Positions 12,475-24,689 of a DNA stretch of 64,000 bases are shown piece by piece. The stretch is from contig NC_083402.1 in the NCBI RefSeq assembly GCF_020745735.1, positions 7,502,001-7,566,000 on the forward strand. Reading direction: 5' to 3'. The position numbers were made by a program, and so were the translations under genes. Each line of letters starts with the position of its first letter. Positions within the stretch are counted from its first letter, which is position 1. The DNA comes from Hemiscyllium ocellatum. Lineage: Eukaryota. The notes below the pieces were generated by a model. The model searched no databases and had not been told where the DNA came from. It worked only from the letters and a program-made list of their open reading frames with translations.

Positions 12475-13690
12475 AGAGATGTGCAGCACCGAAACAGACC
12501 CTTCAGTCCAACTTGCCCATGCCCATCAGATATCCTGAATAAATCTTGTCCCATTTGCCATATTTGGCCAATACCCCTCAGATCCCTTCCTATTAATATA
12601 CCATCCAGATGCCTTTTAAATGTTATAATTATACCAGCCTCTACCACATCCCCTGGCAGTTCATTTCATTCTCACACCACACTCTGCATGAAAACGGTGT
12701 CCCTTCGGTCCCTTTTAAATCTTGCCCCTCCCACCTTAAACCTGTGCCCTCTAGTTTTGGACGCCCGTACCCTGGAGAAAAGACCTTGACTATTTATCAT
12801 GTTTAAATTACGATTTGATGAACACCTTTAAGGTCACCCGTCAGCCACCAACACTCCAGGGAATCTTGCCCCAGCTTATTCAGCTTCGCCCACAACTCAA
12901 GCCTTTCAGGCCTGGTATCATTCTCCTCAATCTTTTCTGAACTCTTTTGAGTTTCACAGCATCTTTGCTATAGCAGGGAGGCCAGAAATGAATGCAGTAT
13001 TCCAAAAGTGGGCCAACCAACATCCTGTACAGCCATGACAAGACCTCCTCATTCCTGTACTCAATGCATTGATCAATAAAGGTGAGTTTATCAAATGCTT
13101 CCTTCATTAACCAGTCTACCCTTTGACTCCACTTTCAAAGAACAATGAACCTGCACTCCAAGGTCTCTTTGTTTGGCAACACTCCCCAGTACCTTACCAG
13201 GAAGTGTATAAGTCCTGCCCTGATTTGCCTTAACAAAATGCAACACCTCAAAATTATCTAAGTTAAACTCCATCTGCCACTCCTCAGCCCATTGGCCCAT
13301 CTGATCAAAGTCCCATTGTTCTCTGTGATAACCTTCTTTGCTGTTCACTACACCTCCAATTTTGGTGTCATCTGGAAACTTACTGACCATTTCTCTGATA
13401 TTCACATCTGAGCCATTTATATAAATGATAAGAAGCAGTGGATCCAGCACCGATCCTTGCAGCACACCGCTGGGTACAGGCCTCCAGTCTAAAAAGCAAT
13501 CCTGCACCACCACACTCTGTGTCCTATCTTCAAGCCAGTTAGGTATCTATATGGCTAGTTCCCCCTGTATTCCATGTGATCTAACCTTGTTAACCAGTCT
13601 ATCATGCAGAACCTGGTCAAATACCTTGCTGAAGTCCATTTAGGCCATGTCCACCACTCTCCATTCATCAATCATCTTCATCACTCCTTA
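12475..13690 (-). mobile_element. CR1 LINE RT plus 3' end
   Basis: ORF 13091-13513 VLQGSVLDPLLLIIYIN..SKFPDDTKIGG. Confidence 0.9.
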
Positions 13691-13957
13691 CTAAACTCAA
13701 TGATTCATGTTATGGCTGAACATGTCCTACTGATCCACACATTATCAGGAGCTACACAAATGTACAAGAATCCCAATAGGATGACCCCAACACCCAAAGT
13801 GCCTGACAGACTGTTACTCAGGACAGAACTGAGCAACACCAGGATTCTTCAGTAACAGTTAAATAATTCCATGAATGAATAATTCCAGTAATAAGAGCAG
13901 TGAAAGAAATGGATACCTAATTAATGCTCCTAAACAGCATCCCTTCAAAGCCACGTA

Positions 13958-13982
13958 CACACACACACACACACACACACAC
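13958..13982. repeat. (AC)n microsatellite
   Basis: Direct inspection. Confidence 0.95.
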
Positions 13983-14539
13983 TTAAGACAGAGAAAAGAT
14001 AGACGATTTATATGAGTGACAAAAGAATGTAGACAGGGTAACAGGGTAAACAAAACTCTGAAAATAAAAGTCCTGACCACAAGATGGAAGGATCGTTCTC
14101 TCTCACAGTTCTTGTGTTTTTTGTAGCAGGAATGAGATGCTGTGTTCCGGACAGTGATGGTTATGCTTCAAATTCAACGGCCATTCAGGAGAACTTAGAA
14201 CTTTTCACATGTGACTTCTTTCTTTCCAGATTACTTGTGTTTTCTCTGCTTTTCTCTCCAGTGATGGGGGAGAGGCAGAGCTGGCTGCTTTCTCTCTGTA
14301 GGCCCCAGATACTTTCCACTTTCAGAGACTCCAGGAATATATAACTTTGTAACAGCACAGTTCAACCAATCAGACAGCAGTTGCTGAGCAGAATTTTCTG
14401 AACTCGAAACATTATCATGAAGTCCGATGACATCAGGTCAAACATGAGCAAGGGAATCTCCGGATGACTACCCACTGCCACATTCCCCCCACTCCCAGGC
14501 TTCTGATCATGTTTATCACCACTTGGAGGAAGCACTGAG

Positions 14540-15345
14540 GTCAACACTGGCACAGAATGTACTCTGGGTGGGAGACGTCACTGTCCAACACCAAGACAGA
14601 CTCAGCAGCTTTACTACTGCCTGAGCTGGTGGAATCTGAAATGACATAGCTCTTGGACTGGGTCTGTGGCGGGTGGTGAGGGAACCAACAAGAGAGAAAA
14701 GCTTGACCTTGTCCTCAGTCGTCTATCTGCCTATTATAGAATTGGGAGGAGTAACTATCACACAGTCCCGTGGAGACAAATTCCCATCTTCACACTGAGG
14801 TACATCCCCATCATGTATGGCACTAGGCCTGTGTTAAATGGGACAGACTTTGAACAGATCGAGCAAGTCAAGACTGGGATCCCTGAGACACTGTGGGCCA
14901 TCAGTACAGCAGAGTGAGCTGTAACACAATCTGTAAGCTCATGGCATGTAATTCTCCCCCACTCAGCCATTACAATCAAGTCAGAACATCAATTCTGGTT
15001 CAATGAACAATGCAGGAGGTGATGCCAGGAACATCACCAGCAAACCTGAAAATGAGATGACAGCTCTAAAACTACTTCTGTGTCAAACAGCATAAACCAC
15101 AATTGATGCTCTGGGGGAAGTGATTCCACTGTCAGTGCATCAGATATAAGCTCAGCAGACCTGTCACATGCAGTTATGAATGGGTGAGGACAATTAAGCA
15201 ACTAACAGGAATATGAGTCTCCACAAATATCCCCATCCTCAATGAGGGGGGGCCCTGCTCATCAGTGCAAATAATAGGGCTGTGGCATTCACACCTAACT
15301 TGACCCAGAAGATGTCCCCAGCATCATAGAAGATTCCTTACCCAG
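14540..15345 (+). mobile_element. L2-like LINE endonuclease/linker fragment
   Basis: KLDLVLS..IGRSNYHTV remnant in ORF 14666-14917. Confidence 0.65.
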
Positions 15346-15559
15346 CGGCAAATATAATTCAGTGGGTCAGCATTCACGTGTAGATAGGGCTAGGGACAGA
15401 AATCATGGGATCTAGTGCTGTTCCTCACACAGCCCCTGGCCCAACCTCCAGGACATACACTCACTTCCACTGACCTGACACAGTGAACACCCTTCTTCAA
15501 TCCTGATGTACTGTCCACCCCTGTCCTGGAGAGACCTGACCAAGTAAGGATGGCAGAGA

Positions 15560-15658
15560 CAAAAACAGAAATTGTGGGAAAAACTCAGCAGGTATGGTGA
15601 CATCTGTGGAGAGAAAGTAAAGTTAATGTTTTGGGTCCAGTGACACTTCTTCAGAAAT
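15560..15658 (-). repeat. pLTR-like repeat with decayed hammerhead motif (family 3)
   Basis: Minus strand CTGAAGA-A-GTGTC-ACTG-GACCC-AAAACATT-AACT; related copies at 23515-23630 and 49708-49830. Confidence 0.6.
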
Positions 15659-16239
15659 AAAATGATTGAAAACAGTGGACTGAGAGGAGTGTGGGTCTTG
15701 CAGCTGCTCCTGAGATTCAGATTTATTTTCAAATTTACTTCCAGCTTTCTTACATTTATTACATTTCAGTCAGAAAAGCTTTTTGTTTGATTCACTTTTA
15801 GTTATTTTATATTCAATAACACAAAAGAAATTCCCAAAATGGACAGGCACAATTTATTTTATCAAACAGAGTCCTATCAATGGACTTTTTGGATAGGCCC
15901 ACATGTGGGCTGTGGGAAGTTTTGCTGATGGAAAATCATTGCTGAGGGAAGTTTTGTTTCAAACCAAGTTGTGGTCACAGAGCTCTTGGACAGGTTAACA
16001 CGTGGTTGGCTCTGGAGTGGGATTTTATTTTTAATCAGAACATTGATAGCTGTCTGCTGACCACTTGTGCTTAATATTAGCTCTTTTGATAAAGAAATGT
16101 AGTTTATTTTAGAGTTAAAATGTCAGTGTAAGTTGCTTCTTTTTTGACTTAATGACATTGAGGACATACAAGAGACACAGAGTTAGATGGCCAGTAGATT
16201 TCGAGAGGTGATAACACAGCAGGATCAGTCAGATAGGAT

Positions 16240-16760
16240 GACTGTCAGGAAAGGTAAGAAGGTAGTTCAGAAATCTCTCGGACTGTTGAAAGGATAATCT
16301 CTCAGAGGAAATTAGAAGGGACAGTCAGATCTCGGGCGCTAAAAATGAACCTTATGTTCAAAGGGATTTGACAACATTTAAAAGAATAATTGTTGTAGGT
16401 GATTCTCCTGTCAAGGCGACAGACAGGAGGTTCTGCAGCAGTGAGCATGGATCTAGGATATTAGACTGTTTTCTTGGTGCTAGGATTAAGGACATTGCAA
16501 AATGTTTGAAGCATACTGTTAAAGGGAATAATGAGAAACCAGAAGTTTTTGTACACATTGATGGGAATGACATAGTTAGGGAAAGGATTAAGTCTTCACA
16601 AAGTAATATCAAAGGTTAGGTCGAAGATTAAAAAACAGACCCACAAAAGTAATAATCTCTGGTTTACTCCCAAAGCCAAGCTCAGATGAGGGAACAAAAG
16701 GATAAAGGAGACAAATCAATGGCTGAAGAGGGATTCAGATTCTTGGATCACTGTGTCCTC
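16240..16760 (+). mobile_element. CR1 ORF1 SGNH/GDSL esterase remnant
   Basis: IIVVGDS..CFLGARIKD..VFVHIDGND blocks typical of the CR1 ORF1 esterase. Confidence 0.8.
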
Positions 16761-16939
16761 TTCTGAGACAGAAAAGACCATTCACAAAGGACGGTTTCAA
16801 CTGTACTGCTTTCGGGAACAATGTGTGAACAAAGGGATTGAGTTTCCAGTCAGGGATAGGAGAGAATCGTACACTAAATATAAACAACTGGATCCAAATG
16901 GATCTCTTGCACCATATAATGAGTGTCGGGGCATTCATA

Positions 16940-19880
16940 CGAGGGCGATCAGGAAGTCAAAGAAAGGACATGAGATAGCCTCAGCAAATAAGGTTAAGGA
17001 TAATCCAAAGGGATTCTATAAATACATTAAGACCAAGACAGCAACAAGAGACAGAGTATAGGGCAAAGAGATTGCCTTTGTATTCAACCTCAAGAGCTGG
17101 AAGAGATCTTAAGTGAATATTTGTTGTCAGTTTTTACTGTGGAGAGAGAAGTGGAGGTGAGAGAACGCTGAGAAATAAATATTGATGTTTTGAAAACCGT
17201 TTGCATTACAGAAGAGGAAGGGCTGGAGGTCTTTGAAAATATAAATCTCTGAGCCCTGATCTCATGAATCCCAGGACTTTGTCAGAAGTTAAGATGAAAT
17301 TGCTGGGCACCTTGCAGAAACATTTGTATCATCTATAAATACGAGTGAGACGCTGAGTGAGTGGAGAGTGACTAATGTTCAAGAAGGGATGTCAGGGGAA
17401 GCCTGGGAACTTCAGACCTGTGTGTCTGACTTCAGTGGTGGATAAGTTGTTGAAAATAATTCTGAAATTTGGGATTTATATGCATTTGGAGAGGCAAGGA
17501 ATGAATAGGGATAGTCAACATGGGAGACTGATCAACAAGATTAGATCTCATGGAATACAGGGAGAACCAGTTATTTGGATACAGAACTGGCTCAAAGGGA
17601 GAGGACAGTGGGTGGTGGTGGAGGGATGTTTTTCAGACTGGAGGCCTGTGACCAGTGGAGTGCCACAAGGACTGGTGCTGGGTCCTCTACTTTTTGTCAT
17701 ATACATAAATGATTTGGATGTGAGCATAAGAGGTACAGTTAGTAAGTTTTCAGATGACACCAAAAGTGAAGGTGTAGTGGACAGCAAAGAAGGTTACCTC
17801 AGATTACAACAGGATCTTGACCAGATGGGGCAATGGGCTGAGAAGTGGCAGATGGAACTTAATTCAGATAAATGCGAGGTGCTGCATTTTGGGAAAGCAA
17901 ATCTTAACAGGACTTATACACTTAATGGTAAGGTCCTAGGGAGTGTTGCTGAACAAAGAGACCTTGGAGTGCAGGTTCATAGCTCCTTGAAAGTGGAGTC
18001 GCAGTTAGATAGGATAGTGAAGTAGGCATTTGGTATGCTTTCCTTTATTGATCAGAGTATTGAATACAGGAGCCGGGGGGGGGGGGGGTCATGTTGCAGC
18101 TGTACAGGACATTGGTTAGGCCACTGTTGGAAGATTGTGTGCAATTCTGGTCTCCTTCCTACTGGAAAGAAGTTGTGAAACTTGACAGGGTTCAGAAAGG
18201 ATTTACAAGGATGTTGCCAAGATTGGATGATTTGAGCTAAATGGAGAGGCTGAACAGACTGGGGCTATTTTCCCTGGAGCATCAGAGGCTGAGGGGTGAC
18301 CTTACAGAGGCTTACAAAATTATGAAGGGTATGGATAGGATAAATAGGCAAAGTCTTTTCCCTGGGGTCGGGGAGTCCAGAACTAGAGGGCATAGGTTTA
18401 GGATGAGGGGGAAAGATATAAAGCAGATCTAAGGAGCAAATGTTTCACACAGAGAGTGGTACATGTATGGAATGAGCTGCTGGAGGAAGTGGTGGAGGCT
18501 GGTACAATTGCAACATTTAAGAGGCATTTGGATGGGTACATGAATAGGAAGGGTTTGGCGGGATATGGGCCGGGTGCTGGCAGGTGGGACTCGAGTGGGT
18601 TGGGATATCTGGTCAGCATGGATGGGTTGGACTGAAGGGTCTGTTTCCATGCTATACATCTCTATGGCTCTATGACTCTAGAGATAGTCAGCATGGTTTT
18701 GTGCAAGTGATATTGTGTCTCACAAACTTGATTGAGATTTTTGAAGAGGTAAACAAGAAAATTGATGAGGGCAGAGGGGTTAACATTGTTTACTTAGACT
18801 TTGGTAAATCCTTTGACAAGGTTCCGCATTGTAGACTAATTAGTGAAGTTAGATCCCATGGGATTCCGGGTGAGCTTGGCAAGTGGATGCACAATTGGCT
18901 GAAAGGCAGAAGACAGAGAGTGACGGTGGAGGGAGGGTTTTGTTTCGGAGGCCTGTGACCAGCAGGGTTCCACGGGGATCGGGGCTGGGCCCACTTTTGT
19001 CAGTCATTTGTTTTAAAAATTTAGATAAGAACACAGAAAGAATGTTTTACAAGTTTGCGGTTGACACCAACATTGATGGTACATTGAACAATGAAAGAAG
19101 GTTATCTTAGAATACAAAGAGATCGTCATCAAATGGGTTAATGGGCTGAAGAGCGACAGATGGAGTTTAAGATAAGTGTGAGGTATTGCACTTTGTGAAA
19201 ACAAACAAAGGCAAGACTTATACAATTAAAATTAGGGCCTTGGGTAGTGCTGTAGAACAGAGACCTTGGGATTCAGGCATCATCTATATATACAGTGGTT
19301 CAGCAGCAGTTGGGATATTATGTTCAGGGTGGACAGGATGCTGGTGAGTCCTCTATAGTGTCCAGTTCTGGTCACCCTGTTATTGCAAGGATATCATTTA
19401 GCTGGAGAGGGTTCAGAAGAGATTTACCAGGAAGTTGCTGAGAAAGTAGGCCTTGAGTTACCGGAAGAGGCTGGAGCGACTGGGACTTTTCTCACTGGAG
19501 TGTACAAGGTTGAGAGGTGACCTTATCAAGATCGATAAAAGCCTGAGGAATATAGATAAGGTGAATGGCAGGTGTCTTTTTGCTCAGGTGGGAGATTTCA
19601 AGACTGGGGCATATCTTTAAGGTGAGAGGAGAAAGGTTTTAAAAAGACATAAGGGGCAGTTTTTATTTTACACAGAGAGTGGTTCATGTGGAATGAGCTT
19701 CCAGAGGAAATGGTGGATGTGGGTACAGTTACAATGCTTAAAAGACATTTAGATAATTTCATGAAAAAGAAATGTTTGGAGGGATACAGGCCAAGTGCAG
19801 GCAGGTGGGAGTACTTTAGTTTGGGATTATGGTCAGTGTGGACTAGTTGAACTGAAAGGTCTGCTCCTGTGCTGTATGAC
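16940..19880 (+). mobile_element. Two tandem CR1 ORF2 fragments (about 16940-18672 and 18680-19880)
   Basis: NFRPVCLTSVV, VPQGLVLGPLLF, KFSDDTK; LDFGKSFDKVPH; two separate 3' tails. Confidence 0.9.
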
Positions 19881-19959
19881 TCTATAACTGATTATAGCTG
19901 GGAAAAGGTTGGTATAGATGCTGAAGATGGGGAGGTGGGTGAGGGGGCAGGAGTAAAAA

Positions 19960-20400
19960 CTCAGTGGGAAGGGACCCCAGACAGAGAGAAAAACAATTGG
20001 ACAGACAAACGAAAGGGGAAAGGTCGGCCTGGGAGAATGAACAGCTGCTGATGGGGACCATGCGTCACTGACAATGGATTGTTTTGGTCGTAGCCCATGT
20101 GATGACAAGGCCTGGTGTGTGGGGGTTGGGGGAAGGAGATAGGAGAAGGTGCTGAGGCACTAAAATTATTGACCTCAATATTGAGTCCAGAAGGTCACTG
20201 GGTCCCCAAAAGCTGGTGTGTCAATCTGGCAGGCAACTGGATGTTCAGCCTCATTTTTGTGGACGAACATTTCTGTTCTGCAAAGTAATCACCCAGTCTG
20301 TGTTTTGTTTACCCAATACAGAGTTTGAAGTGGACTGTGCAGAGTTGGTGGATTATGAGCAGCCCCGAGCCTGCGTGAGGTGGTGCTGATGGAGAGAGAG
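19960..20400 (-). mobile_element. Old degenerate Penelope-like 3' fragment
   Basis: Weak similarity to the G-rich 3' region of the PLEs at 26.5 and 32.1 kb. Confidence 0.35.
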
Positions 20401-20866
20401 GGCTCAATATTGTGCGTATGGCAACAAATGACACTGAGTATGAATGGCAGATTTCATTCTCTAAATCAAGTCACCGTATTCCTACCAGACCATGGGCTGC
20501 TTTCTCTTGAGAGAGAGAGAGAAATGTTGGTGGTTTAACCTGAGGGCCACCGCACCTCAGTGAGGGGAGAGTTGAGAAGGAGGGTCCCTCATGGTCACCT
20601 GAGCCAATGTGGGGATTGAACCCACACGATTGGCATCACACTGCTTAGCAAGCCGACCGCCCAGCTAACTGAACCAAACTCCAGATTCCCTGAAGTGTAC
20701 AACTGAATCAGATCAGATTTTCCAAATCTCAGCCATGAGGTTAGCTTTACTTTCAAATTCCAGATTTTAAAAAACATTTATTCACAGTTCACCTTCTGTT
20801 GTGATGGGATTTGAACCCATAGCCACAGACTTGCGTGTCTGGATTAGTCAACCAGCAACAGTAACA

Positions 20867-21749
20867 AATGTGTTGCTGGTCAAAGCACAGCAGGCCAGGC
20901 AGCATCTCAGGAATAGAGAATTCGACGTTTCGAGCATAAGCCCTTCATCAGGAATCCCCTGCTCCTGCCCCACCGAACTCATCTCCCAATACCTCGACAC
21001 GGTCCTGTCCCCTTTAGTCCAAGAACTCCCCACCTACATTCGGGACACCACCCACGCCCTCCACCTCCTCCAGGACTTTCGCTTCCCCGGTCCCCAACGC
21101 CTTATTTTCACTATGGACATCCAGTCCCTGTACACCTCCATCCCCCATCACGAAGGACTCAAAGCCCTCCGCTTCTTCCTTTCCCGCCGCACCAACCAGT
21201 ACCCTTCCACTGACACCCTCCTTCGACTGACTGAACTGGTCCTCACCCTGAATAACTTCTCTTTTCAATCCTCCCACTTCCTCCAAACCAAAGGAGTTGC
21301 CATGGGCACCCGCATGGGCCCCAGCTATGCCTGCCTCTTCGTAGGATATGTGGAACAGTCCATCTTCCGCAACTACACTGGCACCACCCCCCACCTTTTC
21401 CTCCGCTACATCGATGACTGTATCGGCGCTGCCTCGTGCTCCCACGAGGAGGTTGAACAGTTCATCAACTTTACTAACACCTTCCATCCCGACCTGAAAT
21501 TCACCTGGACCATCTCAGACTCCTCCCTCCCCTTCCTAGACCTCTCCATTTCTATCTCGGGCGACCGACTCAACACAGACATCTATTATAAACCGACTGA
21601 CTCCCACAAGCTTATTCCTGATGAAGGGCTTATGCTCGAAATGTCGAATTCTCTATTCCTGAGATGCTGCCTGGCCTGCTGTGCTTTGACCAGCAACACA
21701 TTTGCAGCTGTGATCTCCAGCATCTGCAGACCTCATTTTTTTACTACAA
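20867..21749 (+). mobile_element. Non-autonomous Penelope-like insertion: inverted pLTR + RT fragment + pLTR
   Basis: RT motifs (TMDIQSLYTSIP, GVAMG, RYIDD) with no GIY-YIG; about 90-bp inverted pLTR arms; 11-bp TSD caacagtaaca at 20856-20866 and 21750-21760. Confidence 0.9.
20920..20955 (-). ncRNA. Minimal type I hammerhead ribozyme motif, best-preserved copy
   Basis: AUUC-CUGAUGA-A-GGGC-UUAU-GCUC-GAAAC-GUC-GAAU; helix I AUUC/GAAU, helix II hairpin, palindromic ACGU helix III; activity untested. Confidence 0.75.
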
Positions 21750-22315
21750 CAACAGTAACAGTATACCACCACCTTCCTTTATAACCCATGGGTGAATGCA
21801 GGGCGCGGATAAGTCCCACATGGCTGTGATGCCTCACACAGTCAGATGGACACTGTGGGAATGTAGTTGCACTGATGGAACTATTCCTGATGAAGGTTGT
21901 AACCAAGAGGGACACATCAGACAGTTGCACCTTCCTGTTCAAGGAGATGATCTCAATGTCAGTTTAACTTTGGGGCTTTTGGAGATATAACTGAATGTTC
22001 TGAGTCTGTCAATGTCTTTCAATACTGACATCAGAATGCACCTAAAAATGTCAGGACAGCATAGTACATTAAATATGGACTAAAATTAAATTTGAAACCC
22101 AAAGCTAAAACTCTACAGATGGTGGAAATTTTTAATAAACATCAAAATGCTGCAAATACTCAGCAGGGCAGAGAATACCTGTGGAAAGAAACAGGGTTAA
22201 TGTTTTAGTTCCATGTCCTTTCACCAGAAAATCAAATCGCAAAACATTCACAGAATCTGTTCCACTCTCACTGTGCACCTTCTACAGGCTGAAGAATGTG
22301 GGAACGGTTTCTTAC

Positions 22316-22663
22316 CATGTACCTGCAACCGTGTCTCTTTCTGGATCAGATACTGAGAATCAGGGTCTGACCTGTATTCCACCAGACACAGGTAAGTGTG
22401 ATTGTCCCTCACACTCAGCTGGTTTATCCTGGTCGAGGCGTTTCCCTCCTCTGGGTTCCCGATGAGCTCGTACCGATTTCCACCGTGTCCAGTTGTCCAA
22501 GTTCCCTGTGATTGGGCTGTAAATGTAACGATGTGTTGGCAGGGCTCCTTCCTCATCCAGGTAACAGTGGACAGGGGAGGGTAGTACCAGCGACTGAAGA
22601 TACAGGGTAAAGTAACTGAATCTCCCTCTGTCCCACTCACCACTGAGACATTTCCTTGAGCAG
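22316..22663 (-). CDS. Ig V-set exon V-B (unit 1), Siglec-like, lacks the essential Arg
   Basis: ttgtcctttcctcag|348 nt|gtaaga; phase 1-1; VTLPC, VTW, GNPEEGNAS, DNHTYLC, TRLQV; no stop. Confidence 0.9.
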
Positions 22664-22879
22664 CTGAGGAAAGGACAAACATCAGAATGGATGAGGTCAG
22701 TGTGCAGAAGTTCTTATTTCAATATGTTACATTCCTTTCAACTTCACAATAAAATGAACAATTAAAGACTCCACTCACATCTCTAACAGGTCTGTCCTAG
22801 ACATTCCCCAACAAGAGTCACCCTGATCAAAATGTCTCCTCGTCACTCAATTTGAAAACCTTGATTACAAGATACTTCC

Positions 22880-23025
22880 ATGATGTGGGGGTGCCAGTGT
22901 TGCACTGAGGTGGACAAAGTCAGAAGTCACACTGCACCAGGACTTCACCTGATTCAGGAGCAGTGCTCTGAACCTTGTTATTTCAAATAAACCTGTTGGC
23001 CTATAACCTGGTGCCGTGTGACCGC
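22880..23025. repeat. pLTR family 2, inverted partial plus decayed hammerhead copy
   Basis: Inverted 3' piece at 22880-22941 joined to cacctgattcaggagcagtgctctgaa..aataaacctgttgg. Confidence 0.65.
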
Positions 23026-24310
23026 TGAAGGTACTTACAGATCGGATCCATTGAACCCTCCTGAATTCATTCATGCAGAACCCTCCGCCCGATGCTCAAT
23101 ACTAATATTCTTTAAACAAGGTCAAGGATTTTACAGCCTCCCCCTCACTCTGTTGCTCAAACACATTCAAAGTATTGACCACACTCTGTGTGAAGGAGAG
23201 CCCCCTGGTGTCATTCCTAATGTAACCATTCACCAGCTCTGACCTGTGACCTTTGAAGTGAGCACAGGCTAATTTAAACTCAGAGTCCAGATTACATTTT
23301 CCTACACTGAGTAAAATATTTGGGTGCAGGAGGAGGGGGATAACCAGCCATGTGCCTCTTTGCTGCATGAACTTAAAAGAGGAGCTATGAGATTAAATGT
23401 TCTCTCATTCTTATTTAAATCAGTAATCTGTTATTTTGTAATTGTTCCCCTGTTTGACTTCTGTTCACAAGAGCAAATATCCTCTCAGAATCTGCATTGT
23501 CAAGCTCCTCAGGATCTTGAGGAAGGGTCACTCAGCCTGAAACATTAACTCTGATTTCTCTCCACAGGTGCTGCCAGACCTGCTGAGCTTTTCCAACAGT
23601 TTCCATTTTTGTTTCTGATTTGCAGCATCTGCAGTTTTTTGTTTGTATTTTCCTCAGGATGTTCGCTGTTTCATTAATTTCTACTTTTGTTTTATTTGGT
23701 CATGGGTGTCACTGGCCCAGATGATGAGCATTTATTGTCCATCTTGATTGCCCAGGAGAAGCTGCCTTCTTCAACTGCTGCAGCCCTGAGGTGTCGGGTT
23801 TGTCCAGATTAATTTAAGGGATTGAGTTTCAGGACTTTGACCCAGCAACAGTGAAGGAATGCCAATAGACTACAAGTAGACTCAGACTACACTGCATTGA
23901 CCAAGGCCCCAATAACAGTGAGAACAGTCCCAGCCCTGTCAACCCTGCAAAGGCCTCCTCAGTAACATCTAGGAGCTAGTGCACAGACGGGTCGACTAAC
24001 AGCCTCACATGGTCAAACTCACAGAACCATAACTTACAATATTACAGACACCACGATGACTGTCCCTGGACACAGCCTGACCCACCACCAGGACTAACCC
24101 AGCAGAGGTGGAGGCACAGTGGTATACCATCAGGTGGGAGTTGCCCAGGGACTCCCCAGTATGAAGTTCCCAAGTTAAAGACTACATTGTAAGCCCATTG
24201 AACTTCAATCTGTAACCTCACAATCCACATTAACACCCCCCACACCAACATTCCCCTCAGGCTGGGAGATCAATGAAGAGACACATGATTTTGCTGCATG
24301 CAATACCAGG

Positions 24311-24542
24311 TAAAAGTGAGGGCTGCAGATCCTGGAGATCAGAGTCAGGATTAGAGTGGTGCTGGAAAAGCACAGTAGGTCAGGCAGTATCCAAGAGCAG
24401 GAAAATCACCTTTTCGGGCCGGAGCCCTTCATCAGCTACATTCCTGATGAAGGGCTTCTGCCCGAAACATTGATTTTCCTGCTCCTCAGATGCTGCCTGA
24501 CCTGCTGTGCTTTTCCAGCACCACTCTAACCTTGACTGTGTA
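24311..24542. mobile_element. Palindromic mini-element of two head-to-head Penelope pLTRs
   Basis: Hammerhead cores at 24404-24435 (-) and 24440-24475 (+) separated by about 5 nt; near-TSD caataccagg / caacaccagg; sits inside an L2 remnant (23840-24650). Confidence 0.8.
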
Positions 24543-24689
24543 CAACACCAGGCAAATTCAAATGTGTGAGGCCAACACACTGAATCTACAACATCCCCAG
24601 GACTACTTGCTCATCAAACGACAGAAACAGCACACAACAGAGCCACCCCATAACCAATGGGTCAGATGGCTCTGCAGTCCTGCTATAGA

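Noticed and set aside
13715-13850. Hydrophobic minus-strand stretch (RILVLLSSVL; TLGVGVILLGFLYICVA) as a possible leader or TM exon
   Set aside because: No in-frame ATG, weak acceptor and donor, and no similarity to the leader at 43.1 kb or the TM at 5.2 kb
14084-14344. Plus-strand ORF starting with a signal-peptide-like segment
   Set aside because: No donor after the hydrophobic part and no downstream plus-strand exons found
21883-21915. CTGATGA followed by a GGTT/AACC hairpin
   Set aside because: No GAAA or NUH follows, and the paralog at 6115-6145 lacks the core; not a hammerhead
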